From: Malacoraja senta
Taxonomy: Eukaryota
DNA length: 64,000 nucleotides
Direction of reading: 5' to 3'
Assembly (NCBI GenBank): GCA_038087875.1
Contig: CM075995.1
Coordinates: 434,001 to 498,000, forward strand
Shown: piece by piece, positions 23,441 to 35,039 of the stretch
Layout: every line of letters begins with the position of its first letter
Numbering within the stretch: the first letter of the stretch is position 1
Notes under the pieces: model-generated
Seen by the model: only the letters and a program-made list of their open reading frames with translations
Database searches by the model: none
Told to the model about the DNA's origin: nothing
Position numbers and translations under genes: made by a program

Positions 23441-24025
23441 ATATTTTCAAACCACATTAAGGGCACTGACAGGTCAGTAAAACCACTCAGTTTAGTAGAC
23501 ATGTGTTCAGTGTTATTCACAGCTCAGACTGAGAGACGTGACCCTCTCGCTCCCCCATCTTGCAGAGACTGACTGAGGCATTCAACACTTCCGGGTTTTA
23601 TAGTCCCTCCGGAAGGGGCGTGGCCTTCAGGAGAGAGAATCTCAACATTTTTTAAACACTAATAACTCTTTTATTTTTCATCGATGGGGAAAAATCCTCT
23701 TGTCCTGCGCAGCGGAGGGGGCTCTGAGTAAGATGGCCAAAAATCACAGCCATAAGTGGCAGCGTTTTTTTCTAAACTCAATATACAGAACAACAGGAAG
23801 TGGTCAAGATCAGACTTTTAGTAATATAGATATAGATAAGGGGGGAAAAATAACTGGAGAGAGAGTGGGACCTCTCACGAATCGAAGCGGTCACCTCTGT
23901 GTGGATTCACAGGAGATGGGCAAGGTCCTCAATGAGTATTTCTCCTTTGTATTTACCGAGGAGAAAGACAGTAGGATGGAGGAAATTGGAGCAGTCGCTG
24001 GAAGTGTTGAGAGCAGTCAGGGTTG

Positions 24026-24346
24026 AATCCCTGTCCCACGGTACGAGTTCATTCCAAGAGTTCTCCCGAGTTTGCCCTGATTCGAACTCGGAGATTTACG
24101 GTAATGGCCACTCGTCGGTACTCGGGGCTCTCGTGGACATTTTTCATCATGTTGAAAAATCTTCACGAGTCTTCCCGTGCTTACCTGCCCGTTATCGAAT
24201 CTTCCCGAGTACCTGCCGTTAGCGCTAAGAGATGTCCCCGAGCTCCGACATACCCGCTACGTTCATTCTCCGTGCTTAATACGAGTTTGATTTTTTTTAA
24301 ACTCGGGAGAGCTCTTGGAATGAACTCGTACCGTGAGACAGGGCTA
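24026..24346. mobile_element. PIF/Harbinger-like MITE, family B
   Basis: TIR ..CCCTGTCCCACGGTACGAGTTCATTCCAAGAG and its inverse; flanks TTG/TTA; near-identical to 62982-63312. Confidence 0.8.
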
Positions 24347-25535
24347 TTACCATCGAAGAAGTACTGAAGGTACTGTCGTGTATGAAGGTAGACAAATCTT
24401 CAGGGTTTGATCAGATATATCCGAGACATTGCGGGAAAATAAAGAGCAAATTGGTTGAAATTTATGCATCGTCCTTAGATACAGGAGAGGTGCCGGAAGA
24501 CTGGAGGGTGGCAAATGTTGTGCCTCTTTTCAAGAAAGGCTGCAGGGAAAATGCTAGTAACTATAGGCCGGTGAGTTTAACATCTGTAGTTGGTAAGTTA
24601 CTGGAGAGTATTCTGAGGGATAGGTTATACAGGCTTTTTGATGGGCAAGGGCTGATTAGGGACAGTCAGCATGGTATTGTACGTGGGAGGTCGTGTCTCA
24701 CAAATCTGAATGATTTTTTTGAAGACGTGACCAAAAAGGTTGATGAAGGCAGAGCTGTAGATGTTGTGTACATGGATTTCAGTAAGGCGTTCGACAAGGT
24801 TCCGCATGGTAGGCTGATCTGGAAGGCTAAATCGCATGGGATCCAAGGAGAGATAGCTGAATGGATAGCAAATTGGCTCCATGAAAGTAAGCAGAGGGTG
24901 ATGGTGGAAGGTTGCTTCTCGGACGCGAGGCCGGTGACTAGTGGTGGTGGCTCAGGGTTCGGTGCTGGGACCGTTACTGTTTGTCATCTACATCAATGAT
25001 TTGGATGAGAACATACAGGGCAAGATTAGCAAGTTTGCTGATGATACAAAAGTTAGTGGTTTTGCAGATAGTGAAGATAGTTGTGAAAGATTGCAGCAGG
25101 ATCTGGATCGATTGGCCAGGTGGACGGAGGAATGGTTGATGGAATTTAATACAGAGAAGTGCGAGGCGTTGCATTTTGGGACGTCGAACAAGGGCAGGAC
25201 CTACACAGTGAATGGTTGGCCTCTGGAGATTGATGTAGAGCAGAGGGATCTAGGAGTACACGTGCACAGTTCCTTGAAGGTCGAGTCGCAGGTAGATAAG
25301 GTGCACATGAAGGCTTTTGGCATTTTGGCCTTCATCAGTCAGAGTATTGAGTATAGAAGTTGGGAGGTCATGTTGCAGTTGTATAAGATGTTGTTGAGAC
25401 CGCATTTAGAATATTGTGTTAAGTTCTGGGCACCATGTTATAGGAAAGATATTGTCAAGCTTGAAATGGTTCAGAAAAGATTTACGAGGAAGTTGCCAGG
25501 ACTAGAGGGTGTGAGCTACAGGGAGAGGTTGAGTG

Positions 25536-26080
25536 ATAGACAATAGACAATAGGTGCAGGAGTAGGCTATTCGACCCTTTGAGCCAGCACCGCCATTCAA
25601 TGTGATCATGGCTGATCATCCCCAATCAGTACCCGTTCCTGCCTTCTCCCCATATCCCCAGATTCCGCTATCCTTAAGAGCCCTATCTAGCTCTCTCTTG
25701 AAAGCATCCAGAGAACCGCCCACTGAGGCAGGGAATTCCACAGACTCACCACTCTCTGTGAGAAAAAAGTGTTTCCTCGTCTCCGTTCTAAATGGCTTAC
25801 CACTTATTCTTAAACTGTGGCCCCTGGTTCTGGATTCCCCCAACATCGGGAACATGTTTCCTGCCTCTAGCGTGTCCAAACCCTTAACAATCTTATATGT
25901 TTCAATAAGATTCCCTCTCATCATTCTAAACTCCAGAGTGTACAAGCCCAGCCGCTCCATTCTATCAGCATATGACAGTCCCGCCATCCCGGGAATTAAC
26001 CTTGTAAACCTACGCTGCACTCCCTCAATAGCAAGAATGTCCTTCCTCAAATTAGGGGACTAAAACTGCACACCATACTC
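25536..26080 (-). mobile_element. CR1 3' fragment
   Basis: ORF 25616-26050; (ctattgt)n tail. Confidence 0.88.
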
Positions 26081-26540
26081 CATACGTGATAGGAGCAGAA
26101 TTAGGCCATTCAGCCCATCAAGTCTACTCCACCATTCAATCATGGCTGATCTATCTCTTCATCCTAACACCATTCTCCTGCCTTCTCCCCATAATCCCTG
26201 ACACGCGTACCAATTCAGCCTGAAGGAACCATGTTGCACTTATTCAAAGCTCCAACCTGCAGCCAATGTTTACACACCTATTAATCTCCTGCTTAGTAAC
26301 CAAAACCACAAATCTGAAATAGTCACAAAGTTCTGGAATAACTCAGTGGGTCAGGCAGCATCTCTGAAGAACGTGGATAGGTGACGTTTCAGACAACTAT
26401 CCACATTCTCAGTACATGTTTGGATCCGTTGAGTTACTCCGGCATTTTGTGTCTCATTCTTTGTTTTATGTTTTGTTTCGCTCAGTTTAGTTTGGAGATA
26501 CAGCGTGGAAACAAGCCCAAGTCCATGCCGACCAGCAACC

Positions 26541-26898
26541 AGATGGCGCAATGGGCTAAGTGTTTGGCTGGCAACCGGAAGGTAGCCGGTTCGAATCCCG
26601 CTTGGAGTGCATACTGTCGTTGTGTCCTTGGGCAAGACACTTCACCCACCTTTGCCTGCGTGTGAATGTGTGTGAATGTGTGTGAATGTGTGTGAGTGAT
26701 TGGTGGTGGTCGGAGGGGCCGTAGGCGCAGATTAGCAGCCACGCTTCCGTCAGTCTGCCCCAGGGCAGCTGTGGCTACAGAAGTAGCTCACCACCACCGA
26801 GTGTGACTGAGGAGTGAATGAATAATGCGATGTAAAGCGCCTTGAGTATTAGAAAGGCGCTATATAAATCCCATCCATCATTATTATTATTATTATTA
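26541..26898 (+). mobile_element. tRNA-derived CORE-SINE with L2-type tail (AFC-SINE-like), nested in an HE1 SINE
   Basis: A box TGGCGCAATGG 26544-26554, B box GGTTCGAATCCC 26588-26599, CORE-like gtgtccttgggcaagacacttcaccc, tail tgtaaagcgccttgag..gaaaggcgctatataaat(tta)n. Confidence 0.85.
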
Positions 26899-27585
26899 CA
26901 TTAGTTCTATCCTGCACATCAAGGACAATTTGCCAATTAGCCCACAAGCCTGAACATCTTTGGAATGTGAGAGGACACCCACGCTGTCACAGTGAGGACG
27001 TACAAACTCCACACAGACAGCACCCGTCGCCAGGATCAAACCCGACTCCCTGGTGCTGTTAGGCAGCAACTCTGCCGCCGCGCCGCCCGTTGTTAACCAA
27101 CATCTGCAGTTTGTCGTGTCTATAATCTAAAATTTGTCATTGACTGTTTAAATGTCTCCACTGTCTAACTTTCCCATCAGTGTTACATCCTACAACCCCA
27201 AACAAACTTTGGATATCCACCAGTCCAGGCCTCCCTCTTCCCAAAGTTCTATACCATCGGCGGATTTGCCCAAAGCAATCCCAGCCCAATCCCTTCCTCT
27301 TTAACACCTTCCTGTTTGACCACACATTAACATGTTCCGTATGTTTGGGTCATGGCCAATAGTGAGGAAAAAAAAACCTGGCAGTGAACAGGTTAACAAT
27401 TCCCCTTATTTCTTCTTTGGCTTGGTATCAATCTTTTATCAGCTGACGACTTTTTCTTGATTCGTGCTTCTGTGAAGCTCCCTGGGACTCTTTCCCCTGT
27501 TCAAAGGTTTATATGTTGTTGGAGTTCATTCCAGTTTCACTGCAGGCAGTCGTTACTTAAAATAGTTCTGTGAAGTGGTGACCAA

Positions 27586-27905
27586 GGGCGGCATGGTGGC
27601 GCAGCTGGTAGAGCCGCTGCCTCACGGTGCCGGAGACCCGGGTTCGATCCCGACCTTGGGTACTGTCTGTGTGGAGACATGGTCTCCCTGTGACTACGTG
27701 GGTTTCCTCTGAGTGTCCAGTTTCCTCCTACATCTCAAAAACATGTGGTTTTGTAGCTTGATTGGCCTCTGTACAACAATTGCTCCCTGTGTGTAGGGAG
27801 TGGACTCAAATGTGAGATAACATGGAACAAGTGTGAATCGGTGATCGATGGTCGGCGTGGACTCAGTGGGCCAAAGGGCCTGTTTCTGTGCTGTATCCCT
27901 TTATG
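27586..27905 (+). mobile_element. HE1-type V-SINE
   Basis: Full head gggcggcatggtggcgcagctggtagagcc, B box, tail ggcctgtttctgtgctgtatc. Confidence 0.85.
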
Positions 27906-28255
27906 AAAAAAATCACAATGATCCATTCTACATTTTATTTGATCTCCATTCCCTTTGCCCCGTTTCACACCTTCACACTTCCTTATCTATCTATGTCCCT
28001 CCCCCCTGACGTCAGTCTAAAGAAGGGTCTCGACCCAAAACGTTACCCATTCCTTCTCTCCAGAGATGCAGCCTGTCCCGCTGAGTTACTCCAGCATTTT
28101 GTGTCTATCTTTGGTTTAAACCGGCATCTGCTGCTGCTCCATACACCATAATGTCTTTCATGTTTTATGGGTTGATTCAATCTTTCAATCAATTGAAGCA
28201 ATCAGTAAAACTTTATTATTTTATCTTGAAGCTGCAAAGATCCTACAAGCATGCG

Positions 28256-28907
28256 GAATGTTGGCCTTCATAACAAGAGGATTTCAGTATAGGAGTAGAG
28301 AGGTTCTTCTGCAGTTGTATAGGGCTCTGGCGAGACCACATCTGGAGCATTGCGTACAGTTTTGGTCTCTTAATGTGAGGAAGGACATCCTTGTGATTGA
28401 GGCAGTGCAGCGTAGGTTCACGAGGTTGATCCCTGGGATGGAGGGATTGTCATATGAGGAAAGATTGAAAAGACTAGGCTTGTATGCACTGGAGTTTAGA
28501 AGGATGAGGGGGGAACTTATAGAATAATATAAAATTATAAAAGGACTGGACAAGCTAGATGCAGGAAAAATGTTCCCAATGTTGGGTGAGTCCAGAACCA
28601 GGGGTCACAGTCTTAGAATAAAGGGGAGGCCATTTAAGACTGAGGTGAGAAAAAAAAATTTCACCCAGAGAGTTGTGAATTTGTGGAATTCCCTGCCACA
28701 GAGGGCAGTGGAGGCCAAATCACTGGATGGATTTAAGAGAGAGTTAGATAGAGCTCTAGGGACTAGTGGAATCAAGGGATATGGGGAGAAGGCTGGCACG
28801 GGTTATTGATTGGGAACGATCAGCCATGATCACAATGAATGGCAGTGCTGGCTCGAAGGGCCGAATGGCCTCCTCCTGCACCTATTTTCTATGTTTCTAT
28901 GTTTCTA
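28256..28907 (+). mobile_element. CR1 3' fragment
   Basis: ORFs 28258-28527 and 28570-28809; (ctatgttt)n tail. Confidence 0.9.
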
Positions 28908-30566
28908 TTATCCCCCAAAGTCTGTTGATCCTTCTTCCTTGTTATTTATGATGTTATCCTATCCCTGCTTCAAACTTATATATAAGGTACACAAAAATGC
29001 TGGAGAAACTCAGCGGGTGCAGCAGCATCTATGGAGCATATATTAGAACTTATATATAGTTGACTATTTTGAATCACCTGCAAATAATCAATCATGCAAC
29101 TCAAATTGCTATTGTTCTAAGTTCCTTGTCCAGTTGAATGTTGGCTTGTGCAAGGCTGGAAAGAATGTAGAGAAGATTAACGGGAATGTTGCCAGCACTC
29201 AACGGCCTGAGTTATAGGGAAAGGTTGGGCAGGCTAGGAGTTTATTCCTTGTAGTGCAGGAGGCTGAGGGGTGATCTTACAGAGGTGTACAAAATCATGA
29301 GGGGAATTCATAGGGTGAATGCTCTTGCCCGGAGTAGGGGGAATCGAGAACCAGACGACAGAGGTTTAAGGTGAGGGGGGAAGGATTTACTAATAAACTC
29401 GTGGGGCAATATTTTCACACAGAGGGTGGTGGATATGTAGAACATGCTACCAGAAGAGGTAAGACAATAGACAATAGGTGCAGGAGTAGGCCATTCGGCC
29501 CTTCGAGCCAGCACCGCCATTCAATGTGATCATGGTTGATCAGCCCCAATCAGTACCCCATTCCTGCCTTCGTTGAGGCAGGTACTATAATAGCGTTAAA
29601 AAACCTTTGGACAGGTACGTGGATAGGCAATGTTTAGCGAGATATGTGCCAAAGGCAGGCTAATGGGACGAGCTTAGATGGGGCATCTTAGTTGGTAGGG
29701 ACAATTGGGCTGAAGGGCCTGTTGAGTATGTCTCAAGTCTCAAACAAGTTTGAAACCATTTTGTTATTCAATATATTTTTAAAAAAAATACAAAGCTTGG
29801 CCCCAGCCAGAGCATGGTCAGAAGGAACTGAATTAAGAAAATTTCACATGAGATCAACTTTAACAAAGAAATCCTTTACAGCCTCCAAATAAAACTAAAA
29901 GACTGCACCCATGACTCCAAAAGAAATAAAAGGAATTTTACACACAAGATACCACTACTGTGGCCAAAGTACTCCTTGGTGTTACTTTAAACTTAACTAC
30001 TGCGTCTCTGCTATATTCTGGGCGTTTGCAGATAGTCATAGACATAGAGTGATGCAGTGTGGAAACAGGCCATTCGGCCCAACTTGCCCACACTGGCCAA
30101 CATGTCCCAGTTACACTAGTCCCACCTGCCTGCGCTTGGTCCATATCCCTCCAAACCTGTCCTATCCATGTACCTGTCTGTTTCTTAAACGTTGGGATAG
30201 TCCCAGCCTCAACTACCTCATCTGGCAGCTTGTTCCATGCACCCTTTTAGTGAAAATCTTGTGAGATGGGTCCAAGAATATAAAGAGGGCAAGAACCATT
30301 GCCCTTGAGGCACTGCACTTAACTGCTAACATCAGGCTTGACCTTATGACAGAACACTCAGTTCTATTTCTAGACACCTATGCATTACTACTGAGCACCA
30401 AGAGCCAACAGTGAGTGGGTGAGGAGGAGCACTGAGCTGATGGGAGTCGGGATCATGTAACTATTTTTAAACAGGTTTTCTCAGCTTCATTCCAGAACAC
30501 TGAGAACCAGAGATAAACCCCGTTGATAAACGGAACTTCTCACTAAAAACAAACCCTGGGAACTAA

Positions 30567-31019
30567 AGGGCCTGTCCCACTTGGCCGTCATTTGCACCTC
30601 ATTTACGCGTCATATGTAAAATAGGTCGATGTGTCGTGATGCGCTACGTCGCACGCAAATCACGCGTCAGCACAGCCGTCTGGTGCGTGTGACGTCATTA
30701 GAATATCCTGCGGCGTGCGGCAGGACCTTGATGCAAGGACATTGACGTAACCATGCGTCAGCACGCGATACACGTGAGACGTCGTGATGCCAGCGTACGA
30801 CGCCAATGCGTCAGCGTGCGTACCCAATGCGTCAGCGTGCATACGCGATACGTCATGCAGGTGGCGCGCGTGGATTTCGTTCCTGTACTAAAACCTGGAG
30901 CGCCGCGCGATACGATTCCACGCCTCACCATGCACAGCGTTTGCGCACCCCACGCATCGACCTAATTTACATATAACGCGTAAATGAGGCGCAAATGACG
31001 GCCAAGTGGGACAGGCCCT
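30567..31019. mobile_element. PIF/Harbinger-like MITE, family A, with long TIRs
   Basis: TIR AGGGCCTGTCCCACTTGGCCGTCATTTGCACCTCATTTACGCGT..., about 55 bp and near-perfect; flanks TAA and TTA. Confidence 0.85.
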
Positions 31020-31700
31020 TTACTGCAGGATTTTACACACTATTCAACGAAATTAAGGTTAAACATTAAAAATTGGCCTGCAGTCAGAAGAATTCCCATC
31101 AATTATGTGTGGCGGCCTACAAACTCATGGGCGGTAGAGTTGCTGCCTTACAGCGCCAGAGACCCGGGTTCGATCCTGACTACGGGTGCTGTCTGTCCCG
31201 AGTTTGTACGTTCTCCCAGTGACCTGCGTGGGTTTTCTCCGGGATCTCTGGTTTCCTTCCACACTCCAAAGACGTACATGTTTGTAGGTAAATTGGCTCG
31301 GTAGAATTTTAAATTGTCCCTCGTGTGTGTAGGGCGGCGCGGACTCGGTGGGCCGAAGGGCCTGTTTCCGCGCTGCATTTCCAAACTAAGCAATACTAAG
31401 CTACAGTAAAAAGCTGACCCAAGTAAATCATTGGCTTGGTATTCAAATTAATAATTGACCAGATATTAAGATAATTACAATATTTTAATTGTTACACTCT
31501 CACACAGATTTTACTTCCATTCCATAAAAATTACAAAAGATTATTCCTATAATTCATTCTTAAACATGATTATTCTTACGTTTAGACTCCGCAAGGCAAA
31601 ATAATTTCTATCCCACCATAACCCATGACAACATCTAGTTGCTCCTTCAAATTAATCCAATCTACCCTGAATTTTCCAATTCCAACTCTAGTTATCCTCT

Positions 31701-31990
31701 GTAGACAAAAAAGCTGGAGAAACTCAGCGGGTGAGGCAGCATCTATGGAGCGAAGGAAATAGACAACGTTTCAGGCCGAAACCCTTCTTCAGACTGCCCA
31801 AGCGAAATATGAGGTGCTGTTCCTCCAATTTACGGTGGTCCTCACTCTGGCCATGGAGGAGGCCCAGGACAGAAAGGTCGGATTCGGAATGGGAGGGGGA
31901 GTTGAAGTGCTGAGCCACCGGGAGATCAGGTTGGTGATTGCGAACCGAGCGGAGGTGTTCGGCGAAACGATCGCCAAGCCTACGCTTGGT
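31701..31990 (-). mobile_element. Penelope-like 3' fragment with internal deletion
   Basis: GIY-YIG tail peptide QHFNSPSHSESDL joined directly to the terminal module; perfect 15-bp TSD ctctagttatcctct (31686-31700, 31991-32005). Confidence 0.88.
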
Positions 31991-32164
31991 CTCTAGTTAT
32001 CCTCTTTCTGTTTAGTTCTCTTCAATGTGGAAAAACTACCATTTTACGTTTTTCCAAAACTATCTTGAACCCACAATCACAAGCTTGTTGCCCTGAATTT
32101 ATCATTCTGTTTTTTGTCTGGAACAGGTAAATAACAATGATCAAAATGCTGCTTTGTAGGAAAT

Positions 32165-33600
32165 TGAGTTTAGAAGATTGAGGGGGGATCTTATAGAAAC
32201 TTACAAAATTCTTAAGGGGTTGGACAGGCTAGATGCAGGAAGATTGTTCCCGATGTTGGGGAAGTCCAGGACAAGGGCTCACAGCTTAAGGATAGAGGGG
32301 AAATCCTTTAGGACCGAGATGAGAACAACTTTTTTCACACAGAGAGTGGTGAATCTCTGGAACTCTCTGCCACAGAAGGTAGTTAAGGTCAGTTCATTGG
32401 CTATATTTAAGAGGGAGTTAGATGTGGTCCTTGTGGCTAAAGGGATCAGGGGGTATGGAGAGAAGGCAGGGATGGGATACTGAGTTGGATGATCAGCCAT
32501 GATCATATTGAATGGCGGTGCAGGCTCGAAGGGCCGAATGGCCTACTCCTGCACCTATTTTCTATGTTTCTATGAGTTTGGTGCGAGGATTTGGTGCGAG
32601 GATTTGCTGTAGTTCTTGATTTTGCAACATACTTATTGCCACAAGCATGTCCGAAGGCTCTAAAAATGGTCCTAATTTCATTATTATTGTTTGCCCTCAC
32701 TGGGACAGGCACGTGGCAAGGGATCCACATTGACCTGTCTCTCCTCATAAAACCACGTTGGCGCTGAGGTAGAATTGCTGCTTTACAGCACCTGAGACCC
32801 GGGTTCGATCCTGACTACGGGTGCATGTCTGCACGGAGTGTGTGCTCCCTGTGACCTGTGTGGGTTTTCTCCGGGTGCTCCAGTTTCCTCCCACACTCCT
32901 AAGACCACAGATTTGTAGATTAATTGGCTTGGTAAAAATTGTAAATTGTCCCAGTGTGTGTAGAATAATGTTAGCATGTGGGGATCGCTAGTCAGCGCAC
33001 ACTCAGTGGGCTGAACGGCCTGTTTCTGCGCTCTATCTCTAACTAAACTAAACTCTGACCGGGAGAGATAGATCAGCCATGATTGAATGGCGGAGTAGAC
33101 TTGATGGGTCGAATGACCTAATTCTACTCCTATCAATAGACAATAGGTGCCATTCAATGAGATCAAGGCTGATCATTCACAATCAGTACCCCGTTCCTGC
33201 CTTCTCTCCATATCCCTTAACCCCGCTATCCTTAAGAGCTCCATCTAACTCTCTCTTGAAAGCATCCAGAGAACCAGCCCCCACTGCCCTCCGAGGCAGA
33301 GAATTCCACACACTCACAACTCTCTGTGTGAAAAAGTTTTTCCTCATCTCCGTTCTAAATGGCTTTCCACTTATTCTTAAACTGTGCCCCCTGGTTCTGG
33401 ACTCCCTCAACATCGGGAACATGTTTCCTGCCTCTAGCATGTCCAAGCCCTTAATAATCTTATATGTTTCAATAAGATCCCCTTTCATCCTAAATTCCAG
33501 AGTGTACAAGTCCAGCCGCTCCATTCTCTCAACATATGACAGTCCCGCCATCCTGGGAATTAACCTCGTGAACATACGCTGCACTCCCTCAATAGCAAGA
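32165..33600. mobile_element. Cluster: CR1 (+, 32165-32574), HE1 SINE (+, 32755-33053), CR1 (-, 33135-33600)
   Basis: ORFs 32178-32483 and 33183-33584; SINE boxes and V-domain. Confidence 0.85.
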
Positions 33601-35039
33601 ACTTATGAAGTTATAGTGGACAATTCGCAATAATTGCCTACTATAACCATTCTTGATTAGTAAGGGTGTCAGGGGTTATGGGGGCAAGGCAGAGTTACAG
33701 TTACAGTTTAGTTTACAGTTTAGTTTATTGTCAAGTGTACTGAGGTACATTGAAAAGCTTTTGGTACGTGCTAAACAGTCAGCAGAAAGGCACGAGAATA
33801 GGGAAGAGAGGGAAAGATAGATCAGACATGATTGAATGGCGGAGTAGACTTGATGGGTCGAATGGCCAAATTCTGCTCCGATCATTTATGAACTTATAAT
33901 GGACACCATCCCTCCTTTATAACAAGGGTTTACTGTATTACCCAATATTAGTGGAAAAATAGCCCAGACCCTCATACAACCAAGGTAGACCGGTTTAGTT
34001 GGGGTTTGTTGCGTTTAAGAGCCTGATAATTGTTGGAAAGAAACTGTTCCTGAACCTGGACATCATAGATACATAGATACATAGAAAATAGGTGCAGGAG
34101 TAGGCCATTCGGCCCTTCGAGCCTGCACCGCCATTCAATATGATCATGGCTGATCATCCAACTCAGTACCCTGTACCTGCCTTCTCTCCATACCCCCTGA
34201 TCCCTTTAGCCACAAGGGCCACATCTAACTCCCTCTTAAATATAGCCAATGAACTGGCCTCAACTACCCTCTCATGGTTTTCAGACTCTTATATCTTCTT
34301 CCCTATGGCAGGAGTGAACTGAGAGGGTTGTCCATAAGTTTATAAGTTCTAGGGGCCGAATTAGGTCATTTGGCCAGTCATGTCTGCTCCGCCATTCAAT
34401 CATGGCTGATCTATCTCTCCCTCTCAACCTCATTCTCCTGTCTTCTTCTCATAACCCCTGACACCCTCACTAATCAAGAATCTGTCAATCTCTGCTTTCA
34501 AAATATCCAGCCGTCTTTGGCAATGAATTCCACTGATTCACCACCCTCAGGCTAAAGAAATTCCTCCTCATCTCCGTTCTAAAAGAACGTCCATTATTCC
34601 TGAGGCTATGGCCTCCAGTCCTAGACTTTCCAACTAATGGAAACATCCTCTCCACATCCACTCTACCCAAGCCTTTCACTATTCTGTACGTTTCAATGAG
34701 GCCCCCCCCCCTCATTCTTCTAAACTCCAGCGAGTACAGGCCCAGTGCCGACAAACGCTCATCATAGGTTAACCTACTCATTCTTGAGATCATTCTGGTA
34801 GACCTCCTCTGGACCCTCTCCATCCTTCCTCACGATATGGTGCCCAAAACAGTCAGGGTGATGCGGGGCATTGATGATGCCGGTTGCCACTTTGAGACAG
34901 CGCCTTCTATAGATCCCTTCGATGGTGGGGAGCTCACTGCCGGTGATGGGGACAGCCTCCACCACTTTTGCTAATCTCCTTCGTTCCCAAGTGACATTCG
35001 AGTTGCCCATCCTATTCATTTTATTTACGCGCCACAATG

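Larger units (their letters stand above)
20165..23830 (-). mobile_element. Second non-autonomous Helitron nested in the 5' terminus of the first
   Basis: 3' end CTAG 20165-20168 with the same hairpin at 20176-20192; 5' end TCTATATTACTAAAAG at 23830; A|T insertion site; a second internal 5'-end copy ends at 23235. Confidence 0.85.
19196..23836 (-). mobile_element. Non-autonomous Helitron (outer element; 19196-20164 plus 23831-23836)
   Basis: Minus strand starts TC(TATA) and ends hairpin GGGACCC-AAC-GGGTCCC, 7 nt, CTAG. Inserted between A and T with no TSD; the host CR1 rejoins as aaatacA|Taaggg (YKY-IRG). Confidence 0.88.
19108..25533 (+). mobile_element. Long CR1 ORF2 remnant (19108-19195 plus 23837-25533), frameshifted and interrupted by Helitrons and a Harbinger MITE
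   Basis: RT motifs NYRPVSLTSVVGK, YMDFSKAFDKVPH, QGSVLGPLLF, FADDTK. Confidence 0.92.

Noticed and set aside
26541..26605. tRNA gene
   Set aside because: A and B boxes are present but continue into CORE and LINE-tail sequence; the same applies to all HE1 heads. These are SINEs.
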